Part shown: piece by piece, positions 34,776 to 37,102 of the stretch
Position numbering within the stretch: position 1 is the stretch's first letter
Layout of the letters: every line of letters starts with the position of its first letter
Assembly: GCA_963645885.1 (NCBI GenBank)
Contig: CAVIUL010000003.1
Location: 1 to 37,102, forward strand
Direction: 5' to 3'
Source: a bacterium
Lineage (GTDB): Bacteria; Bacillota_I; Bacilli_A; RF39; UBA660
DNA: 37,102 nucleotides
Notes under the pieces: generated by a model
Told to the model about the DNA's origin: nothing
The model's database searches: none
The model's input: the letters and a program-made list of their open reading frames with translations, nothing else
Program-made: the position numbers and the translations under genes

Positions 34776-35411
34776 TTATTCCTCCTTTAGCACTTTAGTG
34801 TTTTCTTTATAATTTGGTTTGTATTTTTTAACATAATTCCAGAAGTTTTTAGAATGATTAAATTCTAAGAAATGACATAATTCATGAATAATAACATAAT
34901 CTATTTCATCTATACTATATTTAATTAATTCTGAATTTAGTTTTATAAGTTCTTGTCTTTTATTGCAATAACCCCATTTTCTTTTCATTTTACCAATCAT
35001 TACTTTTGGATAAGGAATATCTTCCTCAAATAAATTATAACATATTTTTACTCTCTCATTAAAGATTCTTTCGCATTCATTCTTTAGAAAAGTATTTAAA
35101 TATGTTTTATTTTTAACAAATACTTGGTTACCTACGAATTCTATTTTAGAAACTGTATTTAGTACTACTACGTCATAATTGTTGCCTAGGTAATAGAATT
35201 CTTCATTCTTTTTTTCTTTTCTTTGTACAGTCTCATTCATTCTGATAATATCATCTTCATTTTTTTCTATAAAAGATTTAATCATAGAGTTAGTAACAAA
35301 ATAATTACAAGTAATATATATACCATCTTTTTTTACTCTTAAGTACATATTCTTATTATTTTTTCTAGTTATAAATACATTAAATGTTTGATCCTTTATA
35401 GTTATTTTCAT
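34776..35411 (-). CDS. DUF45/YgjP-like zinc metallopeptidase-fold protein
   Basis: HELCHFLEFNHSKNFW (HExxH...H). I prefer the start at ATG 35411 (MKITIKDQTF), with GAGGT upstream. The ORF-track start at 35522 would run through a terminator hairpin and into the upstream gene. Confidence 0.7.
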   Translation of the reverse strand: MKITIKDQTFNVFITRKNNKNMYLRVKKDGIYITCNYFVTNSMIKSFIEKNEDDIIRMNETVQRKEKKNEEFYYLGNNYDVVVLNTVSKIEFVGNQVFVKNKTYLNTFLKNECERIFNERVKICYNLFEEDIPYPKVMIGKMKRKWGYCNKRQELIKLNSELIKYSIDEIDYVIIHELCHFLEFNHSKNFWNYVKKYKPNYKENTKVLKEE

Positions 35412-35450
35412 ACTGTAACCTCTAGATGATATTATATCATTTTTTATTGC

Positions 35451-35478
35451 ATTAAAAAAGCATTCGTATGAATGCTTT
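35451..35478 (-). terminator. Terminator after the 513-aa surface protein gene
   Basis: 9-bp hairpin aaagcattc / 4 nt loop / gaatgcttt (35457-35478), followed on the minus strand by TTTTAAT. Confidence 0.6.
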
Positions 35479-35481
35479 AAA

Positions 35482-37023
35482 TTACATTGTAGTTTCTGGA
35501 ATAACTTCCGGAGCTGTTTCAACTATTGTTGGTGCTTCCGGTACAGTTTCTTCTACTACTGGAGCTTCTTCTTCTACTAAGTCTAAACTTGTTGTAGTTT
35601 CTGTTTCTCCATTATCTTCTATAGTAGTGTTTGCTGTATCTTCTGTTTTTTCTTGTTCTTTCCATTTAGCTACTAATTCATTATCAGTATTATCTTCTGG
35701 CTTGTAATTTTCATCTACGTCAACTAATATTTCGTTTCCTTCTTCATCAGTTTCTTTAGTTTGCCATCCATCAAATACTTTTTCTAATTCTTCTACTGAG
35801 TCACCGACTTCAATAGTTTCATTTTCTCCTAATTTAGCTTTAGCATCTGATAGTCTTATTTGACCTTCAAGTGCTTCTTTAACTTCATCAGGTACTACTT
35901 CTTTAGCGTTTGGATTAGTTTTATCAACTTTTACAAAGTATGTTGGAGCTTTAATTCCTACTTCATCAGGTGTTGGTAAATTATAATCACCTAAGTCTTC
36001 AGTAGTCATACCTACAGTTACTAGTTCTCCTTCGCTTTCGTAAATTACTTTAGCTGTTCCAACTACCATATATAAATCAATATCACTTGTAACAGTTATT
36101 TTTTGATATGGTTGATATTTAATAACTTTACTATCTTTACTTGTACTATAACCAAGTAATTTCATACCTTCTGGAGCTAACCAACCATAATCCATCAATT
36201 CTACTTGATTATTTTTTTGACTACTAACTGAAGCAACCATACTAACCGTGCCATCACTTCCATGGTATCTTACTTCATACTTTTCAGCTATTTTAGCATA
36301 TAGATAAATTTCATTATCTGAGTTTGCTATATTTACTAGGTTTCTTCCTAAGTATTCAACTTTTTCACCACTAAAGTCAGGTGTTGTATACCATCCTTCA
36401 AATAATCCAGTTTCAAGTTCTGCGTCACTTAAAGCAACTTTACCACTCTTAATAGTATATTCTTTTGGAGAAGTTGTTTCTCTATCATAAATAATCTTAT
36501 AAGTAGTGAAACTACAACTAGTATATACATTTGTATTTTGTGTTATTGTTTTATTGAAATCAAATTCGGTAGTTAACTTTTCATCACTATAATATTTACA
36601 TGAATCATATCCATATGGTACATATGGTGTTACTTTACCATCTTTAGCTTCAACTGTGTAAACACTATCTTCATCTAATAAATTGAATGATACTACATAT
36701 GTTTCTTCTTCATCTGTTTTATTATTAGTATTATCATTTGATTTAGTAGTTACTTTCTTTATAACAGTAGTCTTTGTTTCCTCCTTCTTGTCTTCATCTT
36801 TTTTGTTGTTGTCTGGAACTACTATATCATCTTTTGGTTTTACTGGATCTTTATCTTCAGTTTTCTTATCGCAACCAACAAGAAGTCCTATAATAGTACC
36901 AATAATTACTAGAATAGCTATTGCTATAAATATGATTACTCTGTTATCATTTTCTTCTTCCATGAACTTTTCATCATTTTTTACAGCAGGGCTTTTCTTA
37001 GTAACTTTCTTACTATCTTTCAT
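35482..37023 (-). CDS. N-terminally anchored surface protein with Listeria-Bacteroides (InlB B-repeat / Flg_new) type repeats
   Basis: 513 aa. TM anchor IIFIAIAILVIIGTIIGLLVG. Repeat endings of the Flg_new type occur at GLFEGWYTTPDFSGEKV...IYLYAKI and FDGWQTKETDEEGN...ELVAKW. The C-terminus is acidic and Thr/Pro-rich. GGGAGGG SD. Confidence 0.65.
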   Translation of the reverse strand: MKDSKKVTKKSPAVKNDEKFMEEENDNRVIIFIAIAILVIIGTIIGLLVGCDKKTEDKDPVKPKDDIVVPDNNKKDEDKKEETKTTVIKKVTTKSNDNTNNKTDEEETYVVSFNLLDEDSVYTVEAKDGKVTPYVPYGYDSCKYYSDEKLTTEFDFNKTITQNTNVYTSCSFTTYKIIYDRETTSPKEYTIKSGKVALSDAELETGLFEGWYTTPDFSGEKVEYLGRNLVNIANSDNEIYLYAKIAEKYEVRYHGSDGTVSMVASVSSQKNNQVELMDYGWLAPEGMKLLGYSTSKDSKVIKYQPYQKITVTSDIDLYMVVGTAKVIYESEGELVTVGMTTEDLGDYNLPTPDEVGIKAPTYFVKVDKTNPNAKEVVPDEVKEALEGQIRLSDAKAKLGENETIEVGDSVEELEKVFDGWQTKETDEEGNEILVDVDENYKPEDNTDNELVAKWKEQEKTEDTANTTIEDNGETETTTSLDLVEEEAPVVEETVPEAPTIVETAPEVIPETTM

Positions 37024-37102
37024 TTAACCCTCCCTTGTATCAAGCTTTACGCTTTCTACTCTCATAATCATTATATATTTTATGTTAATGTAAATCAATA
37101 GT

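Noticed and set aside
3776-37027. All remaining plus-strand ORFs in the track. They start at 3776, 6529, 7453, 9702, 11427, 12228, 15628, 16605, 16666, 18985, 19248, 19924, 22048, 23139, 23553, 24357, 25290, 26745, 27180, 28037, 30047, 32863, 34284, 35468 and 36683.
   Set aside because: Each is nested in, or largely overlaps, a minus-strand gene with strong motif support. None has a convincing SD or a recognisable motif. I treat them all as antisense shadow ORFs.
1-37102. Possibility of genetic code 4 (Mollicutes-like, TGA = Trp), given the very low GC and DUF285 proteins
   Set aside because: All housekeeping ORFs have normal lengths under code 11. Trp is encoded by TGG in the stretches I translated. 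rimM terminates on a TGA that overlaps the trmD start (ATGA).
1-37102. Looked for CRISPR arrays, IS elements or transposases, integrases, phage modules, toxin-antitoxin pairs and known defence genes
   Set aside because: The only direct-repeat array is the in-frame DUF285 coding repeat. No ORF shows transposase (DDE), recombinase, nuclease-helicase or small paired TA architecture. I make no such calls.

Overview
AT-rich, low-GC Firmicutes/Bacillota-type chromosome segment using the standard genetic code: rimM ends on TGA and Trp is TGG. I count 33 protein-coding genes, 32 of them on the minus strand, plus a plus-strand tRNA-Ile(GAU)/tRNA-Glu(UUC) pair. The housekeeping backbone has five blocks. 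(1) rlmN-stp-prkC-rsgA-rpe. (2) A T-box(Ala)-controlled alaS. (3) A T-box(Asn)-controlled asnS-aspS-gatCAB operon. (4) parE-parC. (5) A DUF45-TrmH-rimM-trmD-orphan-hisS operon. Accessory material lies between these blocks. At the left edge is an open-ended ORF missing from the supplied track, encoding the C39-peptidase N-terminus of an ABC exporter. Two large BspA/DUF285-type leucine-rich-repeat proteins have N-termini that look like fibre-subunit modules: a type IV prepilin leader in one and a complete TasA/CalY-like SipW-class domain in the other. There is also a tightly coupled hybrid histidine kinase / GT2 glycosyltransferase / two membrane proteins operon, and several N-terminally anchored or lipoprotein surface proteins. 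I found no CRISPR array, transposase, integrase or phage genes. The most novel-looking candidates are the fibre-module-LRR fusions and the kinase-glycosylation operon. Both functional readings are inference from domain architecture only. All family calls come from motif recognition by eye, without database searches.
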